From: Camelus dromedarius
Taxonomy: Eukaryota
Assembly (NCBI RefSeq): GCF_036321535.1
Contig: NC_087438.1
Location: forward strand, 5,148,001 to 5,212,000
Direction of reading: 5' to 3'
Length of the DNA: 64,000 bases
Of this stretch, positions 1 to 11,520 are shown piece by piece. The first letter of the stretch is position 1. Every line of letters begins with the position of its first letter. Below the pieces are notes generated by a model. It was not told where the DNA came from, ran no database searches, and worked only from the letters and a program-made list of their open reading frames with translations. Both the position numbers and the translations under genes were made by a program.

Positions 1-85
1 CCCATTACCGCCTCCAAACAGAAATAAATGAATAAACCTAGTGACCCCCCCCATAAAAAAACAAAACAAATGAACAAACAAAAAC
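1..85 (+). mobile_element. 3' part of tRNA-derived camelid-type SINE, cut by window edge
   Basis: cccattaccgcctcc...aaataaatgaataaacctagtgacccccccc plus A-rich tail; same tail layout as the fuller copy at 41046-41204. Confidence 0.65.
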
Positions 86-1361
86 CCCACTCGGGGCACT
101 TCCCTCAGCAATAGTTTGCCTTTACAACTTATTTAACAGCTTTTTGAACTTTTGAGGAGTTTGGTCAGTTTTTTCTTATAAATATAAGTTTTCACATTGA
201 TCTAGCTTTTAGACTAAAAGCTGTCATTTCTAAACAAAATTTAAAAGTAAACGTATAGACTACATACACAGTTAATTTCTTTCCTTCCCTTAACTCTGTC
301 TCATACGGAATTTAAAGAATTTTGTGGGTTTGGATTAAAAAGACTAGGTAAGTGTGTAGAAATTTCATCCTGGTGTTGGATTCTTATGGAAACTCTTAAG
401 AACTATTTTGAGCTTATCTTTCTTTTGGATCAATTTAAGATTCTCATTTCTTATTTAGCATGCTTTCAAATCTAATATTTATAACATCCACAAAGTGGAA
501 AAGTATTTCTGTTTCTTCCCAGGCCGTTTTACTTGCATATAATTCGAGAATCATTTTGATTATCTCTGGCTCCAGGTCTCAGTAAATGTTTGTCTTCAGA
601 ATTAGCCAGAAATCACTTTCCTGCTTCATCCTGCTGCCCCCCACCCTGGAAGCTGCAGGAGACAGACGCCTGGCCTGGCTTTGCGCCTGACCCACAGCCC
701 TGCAGGTGACCATCCTAGAGCTGACGTCCGCCTTCACAGTCCTCCAGTGGTTCTTATTTCCTGCAGGCCAAGTGACCCAGGTCTCTTGGGATAGGATGCA
801 AGGCCCTGTACCATGTGCGCCCTCCCCGCCCCTCCCTCGCTCCCCCCCTGCTGCACTCGCAGCTCTGCAGACGCTGAGCTCCTTGTGGGTACCTGATTGT
901 GCTCTGCCTTATCTCACCTAAGAACTGTTACGTCTGTTTTGTCCTTGCTCTGGAGCATCCCCCTCTTATCGCCTGGCCAGCCTTGAGAACAAGCCGCGTG
1001 TCCCTTGCAGAAAGTCCTCCATGACCCATGAACTGTCCCAGGAGCCCGAGTTTGGGCTCTCGGAGCCCAGTCATAACTCTCCTCTCACCTCGAGTTCTTG
1101 GCTCTCTTTTCTGATGCCTGCGCTGCCTGGATGCTGCTTGTAGAAGGGGCTTTGTCTTGGCTCTGTGGTCCACAGCGGGCATGCAGATGCTTCCTGGATA
1201 TGCAGCATGCCTCTGTTCACTGTCCCTCATCTTTTGAACCTGCAGCTGTAGAACTAGGAAAGCTTATTTGTGCGCTGTGCTGGCAAAAGAAGTTAAATTC
1301 TCTTGTGAATTATTTTTGCTTCATCCCCTGGAAGTGAAAGACGTGTCTCCACTTTTCAAAG

Positions 1362-1610
1362 ACAACGTGATGCCTGGTGAAAAGAGCTTCAGTTTTGGAG
1401 CCGAAAAGACTTGAGCTCAAATCCCAGTTGTGGTTGAAATGGTTGTATGGGTTTTAGCAAGTGACGTAGCTTCGCTGACCATCCATCTGTTTACTTGTCT
1501 GTAAATAGGGCCAATGACAGAACTGGACTGAGGACTGGGTACTGTGTGTATATGATTCCTAGCTGAGTGCTTGGCCCATGTTAGGTGTTCAATAAATGTA
1601 GCCATTCATT
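1362..1610 (+). mobile_element. MIR SINE
   Basis: gagctcaaatcccag, core-like tttacttgtctgtaaatagggccaatga, 3' end ttggcccatgttaggtgttcaataaatgtagc. Confidence 0.8.
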
Positions 1611-1683
1611 AGGTTATAGCTTTTCTGGGGTTTTTCCTGTCTCTCTGTGGCTTATTTTTTGTTGTAAGTAACACACACATAAC

Positions 1684-2074
1684 TTTTTTTTAAATCGAAG
1701 TACAGTCAGTTATAATGTATCAATTTCTGGTGTACAGCACAATGTCCCAGTCATGCATGTATATATACATATATTCATTTTCATATTCTTTTCATTAAAG
1801 GTTATTACAAGATGTTGAATATAGTTCCATGTGCTATACAGCAGAAATTTGTTTTTCAATCTATTTTTATATATAGTGGCTAACATTTGCACATCTCAGA
1901 CTCCCAAATTTATCCCTTCCCACCCCCTTCCCCCGGTGACCATAAAATTGTTTACTATGTGTGAAATACCATATGGTACCACTCATACATAGAATCTTAA
2001 AAAAAAAAAAAAGAAAGAGAAAAGAGAACACTAATGAACTCATCTACAAAACAGAAGACTCACAGACCTAGTAA
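1684..2074 (-). mobile_element. Young L1 3' end with 5' inversion (minus 1684-~1962, plus ~1963-2074)
   Basis: Poly-T, then antisense L1 3'UTR, then sense L1 segment aaataccatatggtaccactc...gactcacagac; flanked by ATAACTT at 1679-1685 and 2075-2081. Confidence 0.9.
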
Positions 2075-2815
2075 ATAACTTCTTAGGTTAGGAGAGAACT
2101 TCTTCCGGGGGTATTTAAATCAGTGAAAATGCTGTACCTTCAGAAAGATACCCCATGATGAGATTTTAGAAAAATTAATGGAAGAATCATATAAACCTTA
2201 TGGGGAACCAGTATAACATTGTCAATTAAATCGATAGTTAAATATCCAAGACTGTAAAAAACCATTATGTAGTGTAGGAGGTGATTTAAGAAGCAGTTTT
2301 TTTTAAGCAAACATCTTTAATAATAATAATAACTTTTAAAACTGTATTATTTTTACAAATCAGGTTATAATTTTAATAAATCTGTTTCTTATAAATTTAG
2401 GTAGCATATTAAATACGTCCACTGCACATTCATCAGTCCATCCAGGAGACACGTTTTGAGTAACTGCCGCATTCCAGTGCTTTTCTAAGCGCTTGCAAAA
2501 TAAGTATGATTTAAAACAACAACAACAAAACCTCAAACCCCTTAATGTCTACCAGGAGGTGTGTGAGTAACACTGGCATCCAGAAGTGTGGCTTCACAGC
2601 AGTGGAGAGAGGGCGGTGATGGCGTGCTGTCTAACAGAATTCTTCCCTAACGCGTCACCTTAGTCAGGATGTCCTCACTGGTAGATTCTGCAGTGAGAAC
2701 TTAGAGGGTGATTTAAAGTGATGCCAGATCTCCCGTCCCCTCAGCTGTGAGATTGTCAGTAGGATTTACAAGTAAGATCACGAGCCACAAAGACAAACCT
2801 GTATATGTTCTAGAA

Positions 2816-3012
2816 CAAGGGTTCACAGTCTTTTTCTGGGAAAGACCACAGAGTAAATATTTTCGAATTTTCGGGCCATCTGGTCTCAGTGGCAGCTGCT
2901 CAGCTCTGCTTGCTGCAGTGTTCGAACACCTGTGGGCAGCGTGCAAGCGAATGACTGTGGCTGCAATCCAGTAAAACTTTATTTACAAAATCAGACTTGG
3001 CACACAGGCCCA
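2816..3012 (+). mobile_element. MER58A-like hAT-Charlie MITE
   Basis: gtaaatattttcg...tgtggctgcaatccagtaaaactttatttacaaaa; perfect 8-bp flanking duplication TTCTAGAA (2808-2815, 3013-3020), the typical Charlie target. Confidence 0.85.
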
Positions 3013-5474
3013 TTCTAGAATAACTAGAAACCTTGTTTTCATTTCAACTATTATAATTTATCACCCCAGAAAATCCTTAAATGCCTGCTATTACATTTCT
3101 GTTAACTTAAGCATAATATGTTATTTTTCAGACATTTATAATATGCAACTTCCAAAGCTACCATTTCTCTTAGAAGAATATCTCTGTCTTGTTCTCTGAG
3201 CCCCATGAGATGCCTCACTTGTGTCACACCCCTGGGGAATGTGAGGGTAATTTTTATTTTGTCGGTCTCAACACCTCTGCTCCCACTGCAGGACCCAGGA
3301 TTTTCATCCTTCTCCAGTTCTTCTTTCCACTGTGCCCTGTGGGTGATCTGCTGGATTCTGCGCAGACTCTTCCGGTTTCACATGACAGTTACATTTTTCG
3401 ACACTGTGTAACTGGCTGGGCGATGCAGTATCCCAAGCCCCATGTGTTTTTTCAACTTGCGGGGTCCTGCTAAACATTTCCCCCTGAGAATCTCCAAAAG
3501 AGCAGAATGAAAATACCCTAGGAGGTGCCAGTCAGCCCTTCTCCCAGCTCGTGTCCCGGCTGGGTCTCTGTTTTAAAAAGACAGACAGCTGTTGGTGAAA
3601 TAAGAGTGCACATTTTACTGAAGCATCCTTGCGTCGTAATGTTTCTGCCTCATTCCTACCTGGGCTCGCGTCTTTCTTACTAAGTCCAAATTGAGGGAGG
3701 GATCAAGGGAAGATCAGACCTTCTTAGGAGAAGACGTACTTGAAGATTCTCATTCTGTGCTTTGGGAGCTCCCTGGCAATCTGCTTATTCAGCTGTCTGG
3801 CGTCGCTCTCTTGGCTGAGGATGCCCCCGATGCTGTGCTTCACATGCGATTGCCTGTATCGTCCGCCCTCCTGCTGGCGTGCGCGGTGCGCTTACGTAAG
3901 CATTGGTTATTTCACCCCTTTCCCTTTGCAGCTGTTTTCATTTCTTTTCGTGAAATAACCACCAAGTGATTCTCAGCGATTTTGACTCCTGACCCATTCC
4001 ACTCTCATGGGGTCTTAAAAGATTGTTGAGATATTTTGTTTAGAACGTCTGAAAATTTAGCCTGCAGAGTTTTCGTGGTCTGCCCAAAGCTGGCATCCAT
4101 CTAAAAATAAAATTTAAGCTGACTGGCAGCATGAGAAGTGCCCAGATCAGCAGATGGTGTGAAATGCAAGCCTTGTAAAATGAAAATATATTCAGGAAAA
4201 TACAAAACTCTTTCCCATTTATTAAAGGTCTGATGGGAACACATGCTTTTGGGAGACGCAGTGGGCTGTTAGACTGCGGGATATTGGAGACAGAAGGTGT
4301 CTGTATTTTAGCAAGGCCCTTGGTGAGATCCTTCCTGAGGTCTTTGGGACAAGAAAGGGGAATGAGGTCTGGGAACACAGGGCCACCTGGAGGCTCCATC
4401 CCCAGCGGAGCAGGGAGGCCCAGTGTGCCCAGTGCCTCCCAGGTCAGTGTGAAAAGAAGTGTTCAGGTGCACTCTGCAGGGTCATCCCTGCCTCTGCCTG
4501 AAGCACAGTTTAAATCAAAGGCTTGTTTGCTGACAGAGGTGGTGCCGAGAGCAGCCCTGCAGCAGCTGGGGTGACGTGAATCTGGAGGAGAAACCGAATA
4601 TGATGGAAGTCGACTTCAGAGCCGAAAGCAATTTTGTCCAGTGAGAACGTGTGACAGATCACTTTAGATGAGATTTGTTTTGAATAGATGAGTGTCAAAA
4701 GGTGATCTGCATAAGCAAAAAACAAAGCAAAACAAAAAACAAACAAAACAGAAGCATAAACTAACAGAATTTCTCCTGAAAAAAGAATTTTAAGGATTGT
4801 AGTTGTCTGCAAGTTGCGTATGATTCGTTTAGACTGAAGAAGGATGATTACTTCTCCCAAGCAAGCAAGACTGTGTGATGTGTATCCACATAAAACAAAA
4901 TAATGGTATCAAAAGAAAAACCTTTGTTTTCATATCTTTTATTAAGAAATGCATTTCCGTAAAATGGGTTGATAGTAACTAATGGATGAACATTTACTAT
5001 TTAACTGGCATGAAGTTAACTCACATCTGCTTTTCCAAGCACTGTAAGCATCTTGACTCAGTCCACATCCCACAGCTCTCCCTCATGCAGAGAGGAGCCT
5101 GAGGCCAGGAGAGGCAGCAGGGGGGCTCCCAGGTGCCCAGCCTGCATGGCAAGTGTAGGTAGGACTCAGGCCCAGGCCCCCAGCCACTGTGGGGTTCTCT
5201 GGACACCTTCTCCCATCCCCACTGTTGTGAACCATTTAATAGAAGACTCCACTTTCCCAGAGGTCGCATAATGAAAGGGGAATCTTAGATGATTTTCTTG
5301 ACTTGAATGGCAGACTGAGGAAGATTTAGATTTTTGACACAGGGCCCATTATAATTTAAATGAAAGACAAGAAAAGCATTATCAAAAGAATGGGTCTTTT
5401 CAAGGCCTAAGGTTGAACCATTCCTCCTACTGACAACCAGTTATATATCTGTGAAGCAGGCCTCTGTGTACGTA

Positions 5475-5956
5475 ACTGGATAAAGAAATTGTGGTGTATT
5501 TATACAATGTAATTACTCAGCCATAAAAAAGAATAAAATAATGCCATTTGCAGCAACATGGATGGACCTGGAGATCATCATTCTAAGTAAAGTGAGCCAG
5601 AAAGAAAAAGAAAAATACCATATGATATCTCTTGTATGTGGAATTAAAAAAAAAAAAGACATAAATGAACTTATTTACAAAACAGAAACAGACATAGAAA
5701 ACAAACTTATGGTTACTGGGGGGAATGGAGGTGAGAAGGGATAAACTGGGAGTTGGAGAGTTGCAGATACTAATGACTATATATAAAACAGATAAACAAC
5801 AAGGTCTTACTGTAGAGCACAGGGAACTATATTTAATATCTTGTAGTAACTATAGTGAAAAAGGAACATATGTATGTATATGTATGAACTATTATGCTAT
5901 ACATCAGAAATGGACACAGCATTGTAAACTGACTATACTTCCATTTAAAAAAAAAA
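5475..5956 (+). mobile_element. Young 5'-truncated L1 (ORF2 C-terminal end + 3'UTR + poly-A)
   Basis: ORF 5541-5744 begins MPFAATWMDLEIIILSKVSQKEKEKYHMISL, the L1 ORF2 C-terminal motif; 3'UTR and A-tail follow. Confidence 0.92.
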
Positions 5957-6470
5957 TCACCTTTGTGACAGTCACAGTGAGAAGATACAAACAGGGACAA
6001 AGAAGAGAGGCCTGAGCTGGGAATGAGGGGACGTGGGCTCCGGGCCCAGCTCCACCATGAAGGCAGGAGCCTTATGACTCCAGCCCCTCCCACCTCCCTC
6101 CCCAAGGCAAACACCCTAATCTGTGGAATGAGGGGTTTGGAGAAAATGGTCCTGATTTCTCTTCCAGCTCTGCTCTTTCGTGATTATGTAAACAACGTGC
6201 AGAACATCTATGTGAAAACTGTTCTGTGAGATAATGAAAGGAAACAGATTGTGGCCCCCTGAGAGATACAAGGTTTCTGGTGGTGGTGTGGCTGTGAAAT
6301 GGGGCTCAGCATTAGTTCCGGGACAGTGCTGAGAAAGTCCACTAGAGAACTACTGACTGTGGGCTCCAACCAGAAACACCGCCGCATGTTCTCTTCCCAG
6401 ATGCAGGCAAAAATCTCGTGGAGTTCTCTTTCTTCTTGCTTTCTATGTTTTATTTAAAAAAAAAACAAAC

Positions 6471-6770
6471 TTTTTTTTTCATTGAGTTATGGTCATTTTA
6501 CAATGTTGTATTAAATTCCAGTGTAGAGCACAATTTCTCAGTTATACATGAACATACGTATATTCATTGTCACATTTTTTTTTCGCTGTGAGCTACCACA
6601 AGATCTTGTATACATTTCCCTGTGCTATACCGTATGATCTTGTTTATCTATTCTGCATATGCCTGTCAGTAGCTACAAATTTCAAACTCCCAGTCTGTCC
6701 CTTCTCACCCCCCACCCCCTTGGCAACCACAAGGTTGTCTATGTCTATGAGTCTGTTTCTGTTTTGTCTG
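6471..6770 (-). mobile_element. Young L1 3'UTR, second subfamily
   Basis: Poly-T then attgagttatggtcattttacaatgttgt...aaattccagtgtagagcacaattt; close reverse complement of 40113-40370. Confidence 0.88.
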
Positions 6771-7214
6771 TTTGTTTTTTAATGAAGAAGAAGCAAAAAA
6801 CTCAAGAATAACTATAATCAGTTTACCCGGGATGACCCTTGAAGATCGGAATCGAGTATCAGAATCAAAATCAAACCAGGATCGAGTGCGGCTCAGTAAA
6901 GCTTGGACTGATGTGCAGGCAACAGTGCTGCCACCCAGGCGCTCAACCTTGAGGCCTGCCTCCTTGGTCCCTCCATGGGATTGTCCCGGGCTTACCATCC
7001 AGGGGCAGTGGCCAAAAGTGTAGGCTTAGTGACCGCCTGGCGTTTGTCAATTTGCTTGTTACCACTACGCTGTTTTTTAGACTCCAGCTGATTCAATGAT
7101 CCATCTGGGAAGCAGGGATAGTGTAATTCTTTTAAATGCAGAGATACTGCAGCACATAAAACAAATACGTGGTGAGTCTCTCCAGTTGTTCTAAGATTGT
7201 TGGCCCAGATAGAA

Positions 7215-8100
7215 GTTTATCAATTTTATTGTTCTTTTCAAAGAACCAGATTTTATTTTTCCTGACAGTCTCTGTCATTTCCTGATTGTGATTTCATTAA
7301 TTTCTGCTCTAATTCTGTCATCTCTTTCCTTCTGCTTGCTTTGTGTTTTTCTCTTCTTTGTCTTCTTGTCCGAGATGAAGTCGTATGGCACAGATATCAG
7401 ATCTTTCTCATTTTCTAATTTTCGAGTTTCATGCTGTCAGTTTCCCTCTAAGCACTGTTTTTGCTGCATCTCACAGATTTTGATAGGTGGAATTTTTGTT
7501 TCCATTTTGTTTAAAACATGTTAAAATTTCCCTTGAGACTTCTCTTTTGTCTGATTGGTTATCTCGAAGTATATTGTTTAATTTCCAAATACGTGAAGGA
7601 TCTTCCATCTGCTTCCCTGCTGCCGATTTCTAGGTTCATCCTTTCCTGGCCTGATGGGCATGACTTCTGGTCTTCCAAATTTTTACCCTTGGTTCTGTCG
7701 CCCAGGCTGTGGGCTGTTGTGAATTTTCTGTGTGATTCTGAGAACATATTTTCTCCTGTTGTGAAGGGGTATGTTCTATAAATGTCAACTAGGCCAGATC
7801 GATTGATCATGTGGTTCAAGTCCTTTTTACTCTAACTGATTTTCTGCCAGGAGAGAGACATGAAATGACCGACTGTAATAGTGGGTTGGTCTGTTCTTTC
7901 AGTTCTGCCAGTTTCGCCTCGTGTGCTTTGACTCTCTGGTGCTGCATCTGCGTTTAGGGTTACTATGTATTTTGGGAGAATTCACCCTTTTCCATTATGT
8001 AATGTCACTCTTTATCCTTGATAATCTTCCTTGTTCTGAAGTCTACTTTATCAAAGTTAATATGACTATGACAGCTTTCTTTAGATTTGTGTTAACAGGA
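7215..8100 (-). mobile_element. Ancient L1 (L1M) ORF2 5' region fragment
   Basis: tcttttcaaagaaccag, tttccctctaagcactg, gttctataaatgtcaactagg are antisense L1 endonuclease/linker motifs; ORF 7559-7819 contains the remnant LVDIYRT. Confidence 0.85.
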
Positions 8101-8502
8101 GTGTTTTAGACAGTTTTCTTCATGAAAACAGAACCATTAGGACATAAATATATATATAGATGTCTGTCTATCTATCTATATATGTCGTTTATACCATTGC
8201 AGTAGCTACCGATTCCTCTCCCACACGTGAAGCTGGTTGAAGTTTCAGAAACACATACCGTATTAGATTTCTCTTCTTTCAAAACCAACTGAGAGATACA
8301 CTCAGGACTCAGACAGACAGAGATAAAAAGACTTCCATTACACCTCAGAGCAAGTGGGTTTGCTTACACTTCACTCCATCCTTTCTGCTCCCCTCCATGG
8401 TTGGACCCCTTCCCCAGCACACACAGCCTGCCCGTCAGAAGCCTTGCTCCCTGCGGCAGGCAGAGCCCCAGAGCTGGAGAGGACTGGCCGAGGTGAGCAG
8501 GC

Positions 8503-8982
8503 AGCACTGGTTTCCTATGGCTGTTGTAAACAACATAATTTTATTCTCTCACAGTAATGGAGGCCAAAAGAATGCAATTGGTTTCATTGGGGGTAAAGTC
8601 AAGGTGTTGGCCGGGGGGTAACCTCTTGAAGGCTCTATAGGAGAATCCATCTCCTGGCCTTTTCCACCTTCCAGAAGATGCTCACTTCCTGCATCATCTC
8701 AGCCTCTTGCTTCTATCATCACATCTCCTGTTTCCTCGCTGATCCTTCTGTACCCCTACTTAAAAAATTGCTGTTTTACTGGACCCACCTGGACCCTCCA
8801 GGATACTTTCCTCATCGCAGGATCTCTACCTCAGTCCCATCTACACAGTCCCTTTTCCCTGGGAGGTTGCGTTCACAAGTGCTGAGAACTGGGATGTGGG
8901 TGTCTTTGGGCTACGGCTCAGCCCACCACACGAGGATTAGGACGTGGACGTCTTGAGGGAAGGCATTGCTCAGCCCATCACA
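8503..8982 (-). mobile_element. MLT1C/D-like solo LTR (MaLR) with duplicated terminus
   Basis: tttcctatggctgttgtaa, ttttattctctcacag, gaaggctctataggagaatcc; end motif ggattaggacgtggac...cagcccatcaca. Confidence 0.82.
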
Positions 8983-9593
8983 TAGGCCAGCTCCTTCTCC
9001 AGTCTCACCCGTCCCATCACTCTCTTCTGCAAGGAGGGGTCAGTAGAACCAGGGAACAGTGATGGGGAGCATTTCCAGGGAAGTCCCTTCACAGGGAGAC
9101 ATGAGAAAGGGGAATCACCAGTAAAGGAAAACCGGGTTAAATCTGGGAGTCCAAGCTGAGACAGATGCCCAAGGAGAGAGCACAGGGACTCCAGAGTGGT
9201 TGACGGGGTGTGCCCAGGGCCACCAGGGTGGCCTGTTTGCCCCATCCTCTCCCTTGCAGTCTCTCTGCTCTGCATCGCAGGGGCTGACCGGAGTGTGCTT
9301 CAGGCCCCACACCAGCACTGGCAGGAGTCTGGGAGACGTTGGAAGGGAAAACCCATAACACGACTTCTCTTTCTGCCTTCAAAGTTGCTGCTTCTCTGTG
9401 GTGCCACCTTCTGACGGACTGGACCAGTTTGGTTCTGTTTAATAACCTCTAGGCTCTGCTAACATCAGCCCCGTCCCTTTCCCTCCAGCCTGGGTCTGGG
9501 GTAGGGGGGCGGTGGGCTTCCTCTGTCTCTAATCTTTGGGTGGCCTTACCCCTGCTTCTCTAACTTGGCCTCTCAGTTCCATCATTCCTGAGT

Positions 9594-9596
<3 letters not shown>

Positions 9597-9639
<43 letters not shown>
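9597..9639. repeat. (TG)21 microsatellite
   Basis: Perfect TG run read directly. Confidence 0.98.
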
Positions 9640-9641
<2 letters not shown>

Positions 9642-10234
9642 TAGTCATCTATAGCTGTGTAACAAATTCCTTCCCCCCAAATTTAGTGGCTCAAAGCAAC
9701 ATTTATTATCTGTCTCACAGTTTCTATGGGTCAGGGGTTTGAGCACAGCCTTGCTGGACCCTCTGACTCTGGGTCTGTCTGAAGGCTGTGGTTGAGGTGC
9801 TGGTCGGGACAAAGACATCCTAAGACCTGCTGGGGACAGACCCGAGCTCACTTACATGGTTGGCAGGATTCAGTTCCTCACAGACTGCTGGTCTGATGGC
9901 CTCAGTTTCTCATGTGCTGTTAGCTGGTGGCCTCGCTGAGTTTTCTGCTCCTGGGCTGTGTCCATAAGGCAGTTCACAACATGGCCACTGGCTTATTCAG
10001 AGCAAACAAGGGACAGGAAACAGAGTGTCAGCAAGAGAGAAACAAAGAGCAAGACAAAGTCACAGTCTTTGTAAGCTCATCTTGGAAGTGACATCTGACC
10101 CATGACCCTTGCACGGTCTGGTCACTGCAGCAGGTCACAGGGTCCAGCCCACAGCAGAGGGGAGGGGGTGGCACAGGGGTGTGAGCCGCAGTAGGAGGGG
10201 ACCGGTGTGGCCATCTAGGCAGCTGGCTACTGCA
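9637..10234 (-). mobile_element. MLT1F/G-like solo LTR
   Basis: gctgtgtaacaaatt...cccaaatttagtggctcaaagcaacatttattat, ggttggcaggattcagttcct, cttggaagtgacat. Confidence 0.85.
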
Positions 10235-10243
10235 GACGCACAC

Positions 10244-10467
10244 CGCGCCCCAGGTGTCCTTCCATAGCCCTTTGTACGGTGCTCCTGTGCACCGTGCTGA
10301 TGTAGTTCCCGAGGTCAGTGTCCACCGGCCTTTCCGCCTTTCTCATCTTTACCTGGAAAAGAAGAGTAGCTTATTAGAGAGCTGCCTTCCTGCTGGTGGA
10401 CTGGTGTGCTGGCTGCTTTAAAATCAGGGGACACTCACCTTCCTGATAAAGGAATACCTGTTTGTGC
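10244..10467 (-). other. Candidate spliced exon pair (10467-10439 and 10352-~10244) separated by an 86-nt GT-AG intron
   Basis: Minus strand: ttcctctgcttcacag|29 nt|GTGAGT...ctctaat...ctcttcttttccAG; product not recognised. Confidence 0.25.
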
Positions 10468-11304
10468 CTGTGAAGCAGAGGAATAAACGCTCATTCTGTT
10501 CTGGAGGCTCAGAGATGTTTCTAGAGAATAAACACCTTGTCCAGATCCACCCCACCCAACCCCGGTGGTCAAAAAAATCAGGGCTCAGGAGAGCGATGCA
10601 TTTCTACTATATTCATTTTAAATGCATCCAAGTTTCCGTACTCGGAGAACTTGGCCTGCCTGTTTGAAGGGCAGTTGCTTCTCCCTGAAGGTCATTTGGA
10701 TGGTGACGTGGTGGGCATCATAATCCTTCCGCACGGTCCCTCCACCCCCACTGATAAGCAGCCCTTTTGCGCGTTTGTCCCTCTCTGCCAGCGCAGTTCC
10801 CCGTGACCCCCGCCTGCCGCGCGGCTCAGCCATGGTGACTGCAGGTTTGGAGGTTGCACTGTTATTGGACCCGCCACAGCTGTTTCAAGTGAGGTCTGTG
10901 CACTCGGTCTTTGCAAAAGGAGTCATTGCAAAAGCTTGAGGAAATTTCTGCCTCCGAATGATTATTTTCCAGAACCAGTGGTAGAAATTCACCTTTGCTG
11001 TCTTAGGATCTACTCATCAAAGATAAGCCGCCTTCCTGCTCTCACAGCTGCCTTTCATGTATAAAATAATGCGCCGTAGAGTCTCCCCGCATCAGTAGGT
11101 GTGAAACGCCTTGAACAAACACCAGTTAAACTCGCATTTCCCCACACTGATCCCCATGGTCTTCCCTACACAGGACAGAAGAGAAATCCGGTTCATCCAG
11201 CATTTTCTCGTAGGCTTTCATTGTCACAGTGTCCTGCCCGGAGCGGGGCTTGAATAAATGATGATGCAGGAAAAAAATACAATGGCAATAAGGAAATGAT
11301 TGCC

Positions 11305-11520
11305 AACAGCATTTACTTAAGGCTGACTGTGTTTAACATGTTTCATTTTATTTAACCCAAGGTACTTAACATTTTCATCTTACTTAATCCCGGTAATAAA
11401 ATTCCTCCCACCTTCTTCCGGATGTAAAAACGGAGGTTTAGAGAGACTAAGTGACTTGCCCACGGCCACATCCAGCGTGTAGGTGGTGGAGCTGGGATTC
11501 CAATCCAGGCTCCTGTGCCC
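11305..11520 (-). mobile_element. MIR SINE
   Basis: gatgtaaaaacggaggtttagagagactaagtgacttgcccacggccaca...gagctgggattccaatccagg. Confidence 0.85.

Noticed and set aside
3724..3890. Minus-strand open frame ...QSHVKHSIGGILSQESDARQLNKQIARELPKHRMRIFKYVFS* as a last exon
   Set aside because: No polypyrimidine acceptor, in-frame stop just upstream, and not recognised
5541..5744. ORF MPFAATWMDLEIIILS as a host gene
   Set aside because: It is the L1 ORF2 terminal remnant inside a 5'-truncated insertion
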